64,000 nt of DNA from Mobula hypostoma (Eukaryota), in NCBI RefSeq assembly GCF_963921235.1, contig NC_086097.1, positions 151,220,001 to 151,284,000 of the forward strand, read 5' to 3'. This document shows positions 51,710 through 64,000 of the stretch, in pieces. The notes beneath the pieces are model-generated. The model was not told the DNA's origin. It searched no databases and was given only the letters and a program-made list of their open reading frames with translations. Position numbers and translations under genes: made by a program. How positions within the stretch are numbered: position 1 is the first letter of the stretch; every line of letters starts with the position of its first letter.

Positions 51710-53925
51710 CGAGGCACGACTGCGCAAGCACATGGACGTCAGCGAGTTAGACCGGCGTGAAGGATTGAAAAGAAGACAGCTTTATAGAGCAGGCAACATG
51801 GTGGAGGGAGACAGAGTAGGAGGGCTTTGGTTTAGTGGGACTTCAGCGATAATGGGTTGAGGAGAGGTAAGCTACTTGTGAGGAATAGGAAGTATATCTG
51901 TGAGGCTGTTGTTCTGTAATGTGTGTCAGATGTGAGATGTCTGGGAGGCTGGAAGCCTCCCAGACGGCCACATCTGCGCCTGGTGCTTCAAGCTGCAGCT
52001 TCTTAGGGACCGGGTTAGGGAACTGGAAATACAACTCAATAACCTTCATCTGGTCAGGGAAAGTGAGGAGGTGATAGAGAGGAGCTATAGGCAGGTAGTC
52101 ACTCCGGGACCTCAGGAGACAGATAAGTGGGTAACAGTCAGGAGAGAGAAGGGCAAGAGTCAGATACTAGAGAGTAATCCTGTGGCTGTCCCACAATAAG
52201 TACTCCTGTTTGAGTACTGTTGAGGGGACGACCTACCTGGGGGAAGCAACAGTGGCCGTGCCTCTGACACAAGAGTATGTCCCTATGGCTCAGAAGGGTC
52301 GGGAAAGGAAGAGGAAGGCAGCAGTGATAGGGGACTCTATAGTTAGGGGGTCAAACAGGCGATTCTGTGGATGCAAGAAAGAAACACAGATGGTAGTTTG
52401 CCTCCCAGGTGCCGAGGTCTGGGATGTTTCTGATCGTGTCCACAATATCCTGAAGTGGGAAGGTGAATAGCCAGAGTTCGTGGTACATATTGGTACCAAC
52501 GACATAGGTAGGAAAAGGGAGGAGGTCCTGAAAACAGACTACAGAAAGTCAGGAAAAAAGCTGAGAAACAGGACCACAAAAGTAGTAATCTCGGGATTAC
52601 TGCCTATGCCACGGAACAGTAAGTATAGGAATAGAGTGAGGTGGAGGATAAATGTGTGGCTGAGGGATTAGAGCAGAGGGCAGGGATTCCAATTTCTGGA
52701 TCATTGGGACCTCTTTTGGGGCAGGCATGATCTGTACAAAAAGGATGGGTTGCACTTGAATCCAAGGGGGACCAATATCCTGGCAGGGAGGTTTGCTAAA
52801 GCGATTGGGGAGAGTTTAAACTGGAATTGCTGGGGGGTGGGAACTGAACTGAAGAGAAAGAGGAAGGGGCTGTTGGCTCACAAATAGAGAAAGCTTATAG
52901 GCAGTGTGAGAGGGAGGATAGGCAGGTGATAGAGAAGTGATGCACTCAGACTGATGATTTGAGATGTGTCTATTTTAATGCAAGAAGCATCACGATCAAA
53001 GTGGATGAGCTTAGAGCGTGGATCAGTACTTGGAGCTATGATGTTGTGGCCATTACAGAGACTTGGATGGTTCACGGGCAGGAATGGTTACTTTGAGTGC
53101 CAGGCTTTAGATGTTTCAGAAAGGACAGGGAGACAGGCAAAAGAGGTGCGACGTGTCACTGCTGATCAGAGACAGTGTCATGGCTGCAGAAAAGGCGGAA
53201 GTCGTGGAGGGATTATCTACTGAGTCTCTGTTGGTGGAAGTTAGGAACAGGAAGGGGTCAATAAATCTGTTCTGGGACCCCTTCTCTTCATGATGTCTAT
53301 AAATGACCTGGATGAGGAAGTGGAAGGATGGGTTAGTAAATTTGCTGATGGCACAAATGGTGGAGGTGTTGTGGATAGTGTGGAGGGCTGTCAGAGGTTG
53401 CAGCGGGACATCAATAGGATGCAAAACTGGGCTGAGAAGTGGAAGATGGAGTTCAACCAGATAAGTGTGAAGTGGTTCATTTTGGTAGGTCAAATATGAT
53501 GGCAGAATGTAGTATTAATGGTAAGACTCTTGGCAGTATGGAGGATCAGAGGGATCTTGGGGTCCGAGTCCATAGGACACTCAAAGCTGCTGCGCAGGTT
53601 GACTGTGTGGTTAAGAAGGCATACAGTGCATTGGCCTTCATCAACCATGGAATTGAGTTTAAGAGCCAAGAGGTAATGTTACAGCTTTATAGGACCCTGG
53701 TCAGACCCCACTTGCAGTACTGTGTTCAGTTCTGGTCGCCTCACTGTAGGAAGGCTGGAGAAACCATAGAAAGGGTGCAGAGGAGATTTACAAGAGTGTT
53801 GCCTGGATTGGGGAGCATGCCTTATGAGAATAGGTTGTGTGAACTTGGCCTTTTCTCCTTGGAGTGACGAAGGATAAGAGGTGACCTGATAGAGGTGGAC
53901 TGGTGGCTGAAACTGCTTTTCTGAG
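51710..53925 (+). mobile_element. CR1 LINE with ORF1 (SGNH/GDSL esterase) and internally deleted ORF2
   Basis: ORF1 motifs VIGDSIVRG, CLPGA, VHIGTND, DGLHLN. ORF2 starts with TTTAATGCAAGAAGCATC (FNARSI) and TETW, then jumps at ~53265 to RT (INDLDE..SKFAD, LVRPHLQYCVQFWSP). Confidence 0.9.
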
Positions 53926-56695
53926 GGATGTGGGGCAGTAAAAAGGAAGCATGGTCTGTGCTAGGCTGAGAGTCTCAGACTGCCGTAACTGCCTGAGATG
54001 GGTATGTGTGAAATCCATGCAGAAGAACCTCGACTCCAATCATTTTGGACCTTCTTGTGGTTGGACCACACCTTGACATGCAAAGTCTGTGCAGTATCTA
54101 TTGTGCAAAGGTTGCCCATGCCTAAATCATATACAGGCATTCCATTCCTGAGAGAATGGCATGGCACATGTTTTAGCTTCTCATAGCTAAGTGATCTAAA
54201 TGTTAGATTTGTCCTAATCTCCTCGACTGCCGATGCATCACATGTGAGTGCTCTCAATTCTGCTTTCTGCAGTGTCAAACTTGGTTTTTTGGGTTTTGTG
54301 TTCTACAGATCTACTAATGCAGGCAAAATCAATTTGGCTTTGCAACTGTACATGTAACAACTGCTACATCTATATCCTTCATCAAACTTAACAGTTTTTT
54401 CTTCTTTTTTAATCACATTTTTAGTAATAGTTGACATTCACTGACATCATCTAGTAATTATAATTAATTTTCAATTCATATGTCTAATAGCTAATTTACA
54501 AATCTTCTAGATGTAGATCATGTTTCTGCATATACTTCTTTTCTAGCACAATATGGAATTACATGCTTTTTTAGGTACTTTGTTTTTAATGGTTTCTTTA
54601 GATCATCTACAATTAATTCCGATCATTTGTAAGCACTATAGACAGCCAAGCTCCCTGGACTGACAGTCTGGGTTCTCTGCTGACCACAGCTGTCCAATTA
54701 GAGCCACCAGCCATTGATCACTGTCCTTCATTTCCTCAAATTTAGCCAACTCATTAACCAGTTTATCTATCCTTCCTCCTCCAGAGATCTCACTGCAGCC
54801 ACAATTCTATTAATGTTCATTGTATCACATTTCTTCTGTAAGCCTATAGATATAATATCTTCTGCAGTCCTTTCACCAATGAATTCATCAATACCTAATA
54901 ATTTTGATTAGCTTTATTGGCTACAAGTATATCACTTATCAGTAGCAATGTATGTGCTAAAAAATAACAAGAGTACATATAGAGTCCGAGTGCTGTTGTA
55001 TCATGAGTTAGTACAATTGTCTAGGGATGAATTTTTTATGCATTTGAACACAGATAATAAAAATGCTATCATGAAGTACAAAGAAGTGAGAAAAAGTAAC
55101 ATTTCAAATTGCTTCCTTTTAATTTGTCAACATTAGTTTTATTGGATTTTCAATGTTTACTACTATGTTTTTTACGATAATGTCTTCTGCTGCACGTTTG
55201 GTGATGATTGACTTTTGTGCTTAGCATCGAGAGGCTAAATTTCTAAACCAACAAAGCAAGATCCAAAACACGAACCATCTTTAAGCATCAAATGATTCTT
55301 CTTTCAATAAGCAATTGTGAAAATTGCTGACGTATTGTCTCTCTCTGATCCTTGGAAGATTGAAAGTGCGAACCTATTAATAGACTGGCAGTTAAAATGG
55401 AGAATAAACATGATTGCTCTTGCATTGGTCAAGACTTGAAGGCCCTTCCTTTCTTGTTTTCTTTGCTGAGGAAAAATATATTCTCTGTTCTGGATGGGAT
55501 TGCGAATTTTATTTCCCACTTGAGCAATTTTCCACAGTGCCTTGCTTGTTTACAAATGTCCCTGTGATGAGTTGTCTGTTTAACCTGAATGTTGCAGGCT
55601 TTTGCTTGGGAAAATGCTGCATAAGCGAGACATATAACAAATAAAACAGAATTAACGGTCGAATATTTCCAGGAAAAAGTCAGAAGGTTCACTAAAAGAC
55701 AATGGTATTTTGAAAGTTGTCAAAAAACAACCTTGATCTATGGGATTTAGAGCATTTAGTGTTCCTGAAGTTTATCAGAAAAACCTGCGGCTTGATTACA
55801 CATTCCCATTCCAGATTTGCCTAATTATATAATTGGTCATTGTTTTCAAAGGAGTACAATACTATTACTATAACATTTAACACATTGCAGTTAGTAATAA
55901 CTATGATTGAGTTAATCCTTGTATAGGACCTCACCATCCCAAGATTCTGTTGTTTGTTCAGTAGCCGTATATCTATAAAGGATGGATGATAAGCAATTTA
56001 AAATCCAGTATAATCAAACAAGGTAGAGTCCCAATCCAATTACATTCTCAACATATTTTGCTCACAGTGTGGTCCACAGTTGAGATAATGATGGGTGTGG
56101 GGTGGCTGCTGTATGAAAGGATGAAAGAAAATGGAGAATTGAGCAAGTTTGTTTGGGAAAAGAATTTAGAAAAATATTTTCAGACTAAAACTGGAACCAT
56201 GTGGCCAAGTGGTAGTTTGTAAGAAATTTAATATCTCGAAGGAGTTGGGTGATCATTTGAACATTTATGTTGAAGTAAAGGGAATGACAGAAGAAATTTA
56301 GAAAGCAGTAGTAATACATCTCCAATTACAGGAAATAGACTAGTTGTGGCATAAGTTAATGGTTAAAACAGGAAACTACAGGGACCAAAAGGAAATTGGG
56401 AAATTTCAGGAACAATTGACATCAGCAGCAATTTGAGGATGTGAGATTCACAGAATAACTGAAAGAAAATCTGAGATTCAGTTTTAAATTTAAAGGGACA
56501 CAAAACAGAAGAGAAAATTGGGTAAAAATTATTCCCGGCCCAACTTTGTTGGATGAGATGTCGCAGTTGCTTTGACCTGGTGATGGTTCAATTGTTGTTA
56601 ATGAAAAAGTTCAAATGAAAATGATGGATAATGGTTAATGCTTTCAGATCACTGTAAGTTACATGTGCTGACTCATCCCATGTATCTACCACTTT

Positions 56696-57430
56696 AAAAA
56701 CGCAAACAACAGGAATTCTGCAGATGCTGGAAATTCAAGCAACACACATCAAAGTTGCTGGTGAACGCAGCAGGCCAGGCAGCATCTCTAGGAAGAGGTA
56801 CAGTCGACGTTTCAGGCCGAGACCCTTCGTCAGGACTAACTGAAGGAAGAGCTAGTAAGAGATTTGAAAGTGGGAGGGGGAGGGGGATATCCAAAATGAT
56901 AGGAGAAGACAGGAGGGGGAGGGATGGAGCCAAGAGCTGGACAGGTGATTGGCAAAGGGGATATGAGAGGATCATGGGACAGGAGGTCTGGGGAGAAAGA
57001 CAAGGGTCGGGGGGAACCCAGAGGATGGGCAAGGGGTTTAGTCAGAGGGACAGAGGGAGAAAAAGGAGAGTGAGAGAAAGAATGTGTGTATAAAAATAAT
57101 CTCCTTTTTCTCCCTCTGTCCCTCTGACTAAACCCCTTGCCCATCCTCTGGGTTTCCCCCCCGCCTTGTCTTTCTCCCCGGGCCTCCTGTCCCATGATCT
57201 TCTCATATCCCCTTTGCCAATCACCTGTCCAGCTCTTGGCTCCATCCCTCCCCTTCCTGTCTTCTCCTATCATTTTGGATATCCCCCTCCCCCTCCCACT
57301 TTCAAATCTCTTACTAACTCTTCCTTCAGTTAGTCCTGACGAAGGGTCTCGGCCTGAAACGTCGACCGTACCTCTTCCTAGAGATGCTGTCTGGTCTGCT
57401 GCGTTCACCAGCAACTTTGATGTGTGTTGC
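56696..57430. mobile_element. Inverted PLE 3'-UTR insertion: minus arm 56696-57099, plus arm 57100-57430
   Basis: ~331-bp inverted repeat with a ~30-bp spacer. Intact hammerhead cores at 56802-56837 (minus) and 57332-57367 (plus). TSD TATC(T/C)ACCACTTT at 56683-56695 and 57431-57443. Confidence 0.93.
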
Positions 57431-58289
57431 TATCCACCACTTTGTTTACTGACTGGGACACCACAGATTCTTCCTAATTATTTATTCTCATACAATACTT
57501 GACAGCTTTATTAGCATTCTCTGAAGCTTCCTAGACATGAATCAATCACTTTTGGTTCCTATAAATGATAAGATATTTCAGTATTCAATACATTCTGTCA
57601 TAGATGTGAGCTGCAAATTTAACTCAAGGGAACACAATGGAGATTCATTCTTCATTTGTGTGCATCTGAGCTTTACCAATATTAATACTCTCATAGTTTT
57701 TGTAACCAGTTATATGTTCTGCATCATCATGGCTTCAGCTCCAGACTGAGAAGATTTGAATTGAGATTCTACTTAAGGTAACAATACTTGAGAAGTTTCA
57801 TGATGCAAACTAATTGCTTCTTTGATTCATTGGAGACGTAATACTTGTGATTCTTGCCAAAACCATTTTGTGGAATTCTTGATTAAATCTCTGAGTGATG
57901 ATTCTGTATAAGATAGTATCTGGCATTGAAACTATTAAAGCAGATGTTTAATCTTTGCTTCATCACTTCTGAACTTCAGCTGGAACTATGTAATATCATA
58001 TTCTGTTTCTCCAACAAAAGGTGCCTTTCACCTAGAAAATGGTATTTTGTGTGTTTTAAATACTAGCCCATGCTTGCTGTACTGATGTAGGAATGTTCAT
58101 CAAATTCTCAAATTGTGAAGGATTTGCAGCTGAGACTGCTTCACTTTAAGAAGGGTGTAGCACCAATGCGGGGCAAGACGCGGGAACTGAGACATTGTAA
58201 TTGCCCAGAGTTCAGGACCTAAAGCTTATTAGATTGCCTTGCTGTTCTTATCCCTTTATTTACCTTTTGTAAGAACATACTGTAAGAAA

Positions 58290-59000
58290 TAGAATTAGGC
58301 GTGAATCATGTGGCCCCTTGAGCCTGCTATAACATCCAAAACAATCATGCTTCATCTTTTCTCATGTCTATTTTCCTATCCAATTTCTGTATCCCTTGAT
58401 TCTCTTTACTCAGAATCAGAATCAGGTTTATTATCACCAGCATGTGACGTGGAAATTGTTAACTTAGCAGCAGCAGATAAATAAAAATAATAATAAATAA
58501 AATAAAATAAAAATAATAATAAATAAGCAAGTCAATCTAAAATGCTTTAGATCTCTGCCTGGAATAAACTCAGTGCCTGAGCATCCAGAGATCTCTAACA
58601 TAGATTTTTTTCCCTAGAGAAATCTCTTCTCATTTTAGCCTGAAATGAAGAACCCTCCTACTAAAATCTTGCCCTGCCAATCCATGTTCTTGAACTAGCT
58701 GACACAGCCTTTCAGCATTTACACTATCAATCCTTCTCAGAATCTTACACGCTAAAATGCAATCATATTATAGTTTTCTAAACTCCAGAGGATATAGACC
58801 AATCAGACTTGAGTTTCCTCAAAGGACAACTCACTATTCCCAGAATCCATCCAGCCAGTCTATACATGTTGTATTGAATCCAGGGCAAATATAACTTTTT
58901 TTCAGATATCCTAAATGAGTCTTCCAATCCCAGCATGACATTCTTCCTTTCATATACCAGTTCCCTTGCAATGAAGACAAGCATGCCATTTGCATCCTGT
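58290..59000 (-). mobile_element. Very old CR1 3' remnant
   Basis: MLVFIARELVYERKNVML remnant; AAGAAATAGAATTAGGC...GGCCCCTTGAGCCTGCT resembles a CR1 terminus. Confidence 0.55.
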
Positions 59001-60594
59001 GCCTTGATCCATATAACTAATCTAATCTTAAAATTGAAGAGGTCTCATTGCACTTTTAATAAAATTGTTGGTTGTTATCACATTTAAATCTTTTCCCTGT
59101 GTTCTTTCTTCTGGATACCTCCATAAATGGAGGCAATCTGTTCATTCAAACTTTCCCCAATGCTTCCACTGTATTAATCACCTCAATTTGCTTCCTCTAA
59201 TAGACCACATGTAATTTGCAAACACAGAAATTTGTTTAACTTAATTTCCACAGAGAGATAAATTTACACTAAAGAATGCCAAAGAGAAAAAGAAATTGAC
59301 ATTTCTACCTGGGTTCTAATTATAACGGAATATATCTCTGAGATAATAATCAACATTATAATTTATATTGTTACTCTGTGTACCATTATTAATATTTCCA
59401 TCATCCTATCATGTCTGAAACCATTATCATGCAGAAAATACGCAGCAATTTGTAGTCCCACCAACTTGCTTAATCATCCAAAAGAAAATAACCATGGAGT
59501 AAAATGCTAAGCAGCCACAAAAATAAGAATATAGGAGCAGAAGCAAGCCATTCCATAATTAGCATCTCTTCCACCATTGAATAAGATCACAACTCCTCTG
59601 AAGATTCACTTCATTTGCCTGCTTTGGCTCTATAACTCACATGAAAATGTGCCTTAGAAACATTTGGTAATCCCAGTAATTAATTTTTCAATTGGCCCAA
59701 CTCAAAGTCCTTTGAAGAAAGAGTTCCAGCTTTCCACAAATTGTTGTGTAAAGAAAGGTCTTCAGCCTGCACGGCTGAACAGCCTGGCAGAAGCATTAAA
59801 GTGTTGAGCCCCCTCATCGAAAGAAGTCACTACCTTCATCTTCCATCACACCTTTTAATCATTTTGAGCTATTTGATAATATCACCATTTAAACTTCTAT
59901 ATTCATTGGGTGTTTATCTAACGAGTTCCCCACCGAGCATTTCCTCAAGAACAATCAAGAAAGCATACAATACACATCTCAGAGAGATGGGAGTAGAAAC
60001 ATGTTGACATAATAAGCTACTCTATTATGGAAGTGTAAACACAGAGATATTAGATAGAACAGTACAGCGTAGTAAATTCCCTTCAGTCCACAATATAATG
60101 CTGTTCATTTAACCTACTCCAAGATCAACCTAATACTTCCCTTCCTCACAGCCTCCAAGTTTCTTTCATCCATGTGCTTATTTAAGAGTCTCTTCAATGG
60201 CCCTAATTTGACTTGTGATGGATATTCACTGTCTAGGGTGAACTATTCTTTGTTCAGCTTGTCATAACTGTAAGACAGTCTTCACTTCTCCATGTAAATT
60301 GCAAGCAATAATCAGTCTGAAGTGAAAGGACAGCTTTGCAAACAAATAGCTCTGTCACAGAATGCTGGCCCACAGCACGGGGCTGAATACTCAAGTGATG
60401 AAATGTAAGGCAATCGGACATGTTAATTGGGCTTGAATCAAGCCAGACAACACTGGCTAATGCAATGAGTTCAATGAGTTGCAGACTAGTTTGATACTAT
60501 CACTTAGCACATCAAATAACTGACCTATTAATAGTTGGACTGTTTATGTTCTCAAAGAGCCAGCATACATCTTGTTAGTTGTGGGTATCTGGGA

Positions 60595-60859
60595 ACTGTA
60601 GCTCCACCAAGGATGGTCCCAAGCCTGGCTGTGAAAGGAGGAGGGTTCGAGATGTGTTTAGCAATCTCATCCCATAAAAACCGTTCGCTAAAGATGCACC
60701 AACAGAAGCTCCAGAGACTTCATTCCTGGGACAGGAGGGATCTTCGAGGTTGGGCTACACCTAGGGACAACTTGAGGGACTGGCCCAGGACTGAGGACTC
60801 TGGGAAGCTGCTGTTGCTGGCCTATGCTCCAGTAGGTTTGATGGGCTTAAGTAAGTAAG
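60595..60859 (+). mobile_element. Short RTE-derived non-autonomous element with (TAAG)n tail
   Basis: CCCAAGCCTGG..AAAGGAGGAGGGTT..CATCCCATAAAAAC (RTE 5' UTR-like) joined to GGCCCAGGAC..TGG..GGCCTATGCTCC and TAAGTAAGTAAG. Confidence 0.6.
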
Positions 60860-61228
60860 GGAACTCTGTTCCCAGAAGCTCTTAGATCTACTGTGTGAAA
60901 ACATGTCTGAAAAATGTCACATATGTATGTGTGAAGACACCTAAGTAGCAAAACAAATGTGTAAATGTAAGAGAGTATTCAAACTTGTTTGGAATGGTCA
61001 AGGAACATCAAGAAGAATGGCAGAAAGGAGGGGTGAACTAGAAACCATTCCTCTGACTTCGATTTGTGCATTGGAAGTTTTCTTTTGTCTTCAACTCATT
61101 GGTATGTCTTTTTATTTCATAGAAATTCTACCTGTGCTTTGGAAATTCTTTTTGTTTTATAAATAATTTGTAATTTGGAAATCTTTTATAAGCGAGAAAT
61201 CCTCTGTGAGTTTTAAATGTGTTTTAAG

Positions 61229-62091
61229 TGTTACGTACCCCGTAACTGGGTTGCCAAACCAGCAGAAATGGATCACTCAGTTGGAGTCTGGAGTACTAGA
61301 ACTAAGAAAGTTTTATTAAAGAAGCAAGCAACACAGTAATCGAAAGGATAATAAATGCAACAGTTCAGCGATGATAAACACACATGTGCACAGAATTAAG
61401 ATAACAGCATCAATCAAGCTCTATCGTTGTCTAGGGGTAAATGACCAAATTTCAAAGTGACTCAAAGTTCAGTCCAGTTTAGTAGTTCAGTTCGCAGTAA
61501 TCGTTGCCATGGCGATGGACAACGTGGGGGGAGAGAGAGAGAGAACAAGAACAACTGATCATTCAGACACGGCTTCACTCACAGACCGGCGATATGGCTC
61601 ACAAGCAGCTTTTGGGCGGGTCCTTGGTGATGTCACCTGAGGTCACCGACTGTGACCCCTCCTCCAGATGCGGTCGATCCTCTGCAGTGAACCCGGCACC
61701 CAAGCAAGGGTGGACACACACCGGGTTCCCGCTGATCGTACCTTTCCACCCTGTGCATTGTCCGGTACTTCCCACCTACTCGTGAGAGGCGTACCGCTTC
61801 CAGGGTCTCGTTACCTCAGGTGGCGTGTGTGTGCTGCCTTAGCGAACCGGTCCCTTTTTATCCCCCTACTGGGGTATCGCCTGTCCACCACTTCAAACAG
61901 TTCAAGGTTCAAAGGGGGGAGCCGCTCCAGACAGCTCTCTCTCCCCCGTCCCTTCATTACACATCTCCAGACACTGCTCCATTGTTCCTTATCTCTCCTT
62001 CCCCTGAGGGCAGGTGGCAGACCAACTGCTGATGTCACTGATGCTAACCCAGGCCAGCAAACATCTTAATTTTATGTGTATTCTCGTCACA
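61229..62091 (-). mobile_element. Solo LTR, 863 bp
   Basis: Termini TGTTACG...CGTCACA. Perfect 4-bp TSD TAAG at 61225-61228 and 62092-62095. AATAAA on the minus strand near 61312. CpGs retained. Confidence 0.85.
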
Positions 62092-62239
62092 TAAGAAATT
62101 TATTTAAATTTAAAGGAGTATCAATAAAAATAAATAAATTGTGTTTAAACTACTTTGTTAGCTGGAAGTAGCTCCTTCTTGGCAGGGAGGGTGGCCCACC
62201 ACTCAAATTGTGGGAATTGGTAGCTAAACTCACCATAGA

Positions 62240-62612
62240 GGATAAACAGGGAAGTGATGGGTATAGATAGAGTGAATGCAAGCAGGCTTGTTCCACTGAG
62301 GCAAGGGGAGAAAAAACCAGAGGACATGGGTTAAGGGTTAAGGGTGAGGGGGGAAAAGCTTAAAGGGTACATCGGGGGGGCTTCTTCACACAGAGAGTGG
62401 TGGGAGTGTGGAATGAGCTGCCAGACGAGGTGGTAAATGCGGGTTCTTTTTTAACATTTAAGAATAAATTGGACAGATACATGGATGGGAGGTGTATGGA
62501 GGGATATGGTCCGTGTGCAGGTCGGTGGGACTAGGCAGAAAATGGTTCGGCACAGCCAAAAAAGGCCAAAAGGCCTGTTTCTGTGCTGTAGTTTCTATGG
62601 TTCTATGGTTCA
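62240..62612 (+). mobile_element. CR1 3' end with (TTCTATGG)n tail
   Basis: ACCAGAGGACATGGGTTAAGG, TTCTTCACACAGAGAGTGGTG, GGCCTGTTTCTGTGCTGTAGTTTCTATGGTTCTATGGTTC. Confidence 0.88.
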
Positions 62613-63234
62613 ATGATCTAGTCTTAAAGAGCAGGTAGCTATAGTATAACTCCCTTTAGTGAGAGTACCCATAGCTATCTATAACGGATAGGACTTATGA
62701 TTTTTGTTTGAGTTTGGAAGATCTTGGTCAGCAAACCCTATAACATCACACTCTGCCTCTACCATGACATTGACAGTGCACTCCATGCATCCACCAATCT
62801 CTGGGTAAAAATCCTACCTCTGACCTCCCCCTCTATACTTTCCTCTGAAGCCCCCTAACTGGCTCATATGAAAACTTGGCTTGTTAGCTGACTCTGCTAA
62901 CGGCCACTGGACCGCTTATTGTTTCTTAAACAATATACATCTCGGGTCAATATGATTTGGGTCCAATCAAAGAGGAAAATTGGGATGCTTTGATCAATGG
63001 AACCTCTATTTGAGTGAATGTTGTGTAAATACTGCCCCACACAATTATCTATTGGCAAGAAATAATAGATTGTACACTGCATACAATTATAAGGAAAGTG
63101 TATTTACTAATTTCAGCTATATGAACCAGCTCTTAAGAGGAAAAGAAAAAGAGGACCCATTACAACTAATCCAGTCTAAATGTGAATATAGTTAGAGTTC
63201 GTATTGTCCAAGAGCTGTGTGTCACCGTACTTAC

Positions 63235-63374
63235 GCTCTGAATTCTCGTCACCAATCACTGGTAGAACTTCCCATTTTGGAATCCTTCAACTCGCAAGAC
63301 ATTCTTGCAATTGCGTCTTCCCTTTGGATTGAATCCTACGGCTGATTCTCCTGATCTTCTTGTCTCTGTATCTC
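63235..63374 (-). other. Candidate non-coding exon (140 nt)
   Basis: gtctttttggcag acceptor and gtaagta donor around a purine-rich body. Stops in all three frames. Confidence 0.3.
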
Positions 63375-64000
63375 CTGCCAAAAAGACCATGAACCCCACC
63401 AGCATCCATCGCAAATCTCTCTCCGCACAGCTTTCTCTAGAACCTTCTCCCATTTCACCATTGGCTGACATAACATTCCAAAGGTGAATATCATACCCCC
63501 CTTATCTTCATCTGACACCCAAACATGCTCTCAGACATGCTAACACAAACATTGTTTCTGCAGAAAGCTACTAAATGAAATGAGGTTTGCATTCATCTAT
63601 CACGAAGGATAATGGGTGATGATCATCGTCGTCACAAGCCTGGGTGGAAAATATGGAGGTGCCCTTTCGTCAAGATCTCCCTCACCAGTGTAGTCCAAAG
63701 GAAAGCTTATGAAGCAGTACATTTGGCACCAGCTTGGCTGCCGGAAGGATGTTCAATGACGTCCTGCCACGTCAGGGGCTCCACTCTGGATTTGCGGTCT
63801 GGGTTTATTCCCGTCGATTTTGTCACTCCCGAGGCAGATCACAAGGCAGTGGGGCTATTCAGCCATAGTACCAGAGCGTGTCCACACACCGGTGGGCCTG
63901 CGTGCTACGTGTGCAGGGGCCACACTTCCTCCCCGTCCTCTATAGTTCAGCCTGAGTCCGAAAGGAGTTCAGTTTCCGTGCGTTGCCAGCGAGGAGGCAC

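Noticed and set aside
52210..52830. Host GDSL lipase/esterase gene
   Set aside because: It lies directly upstream of CR1 ORF2 and has stops. It is the known CR1 ORF1 esterase.
49655..57502. Repeated 110-190 aa ORFs (e.g. SVSPDEGSRPETST, MLVNAAGQAAS) as a gene family
   Set aside because: These are incidental translations of the PLE 3' UTR and hammerhead on both strands.

Overview
Eukaryotic, AT-rich, repeat-dominated vertebrate DNA. The mix of CR1, Rex1/Babar, Penelope-like, Gypsy, RTE and Tc1/mariner families suggests a cartilaginous fish such as a ray; this is inference only. I recognise no intact host protein-coding gene, rRNA, true tRNA or CRISPR array. Nearly all ORFs in the supplied track are pieces or antisense shadows of decayed transposons. 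The most structured signal is a family of Penelope-like elements (PLEs). It comprises one 5'-truncated RT + GIY-YIG copy (7295-9774), three inverted insertions with both 3' ends pointing outward (42592-42749, 49681-51440, 56696-57430), and several 3'-end fragments. They share minimal hammerhead-ribozyme motifs, 11-13 bp target-site duplications (TSDs), and a fixed asymmetry in which one end stops at TGTGTTGC while the other carries a ~38-nt tail. The window also holds nested retroelement stacks, a 522-bp mariner-derived palindrome with four TIRs, a compact LTR element, a solo LTR, and several minus-strand exon-like segments that may belong to an unidentified spliced transcript. PLE hammerheads and inverted PLE termini are established biology. 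I found no clearly novel system beyond the structural details listed.
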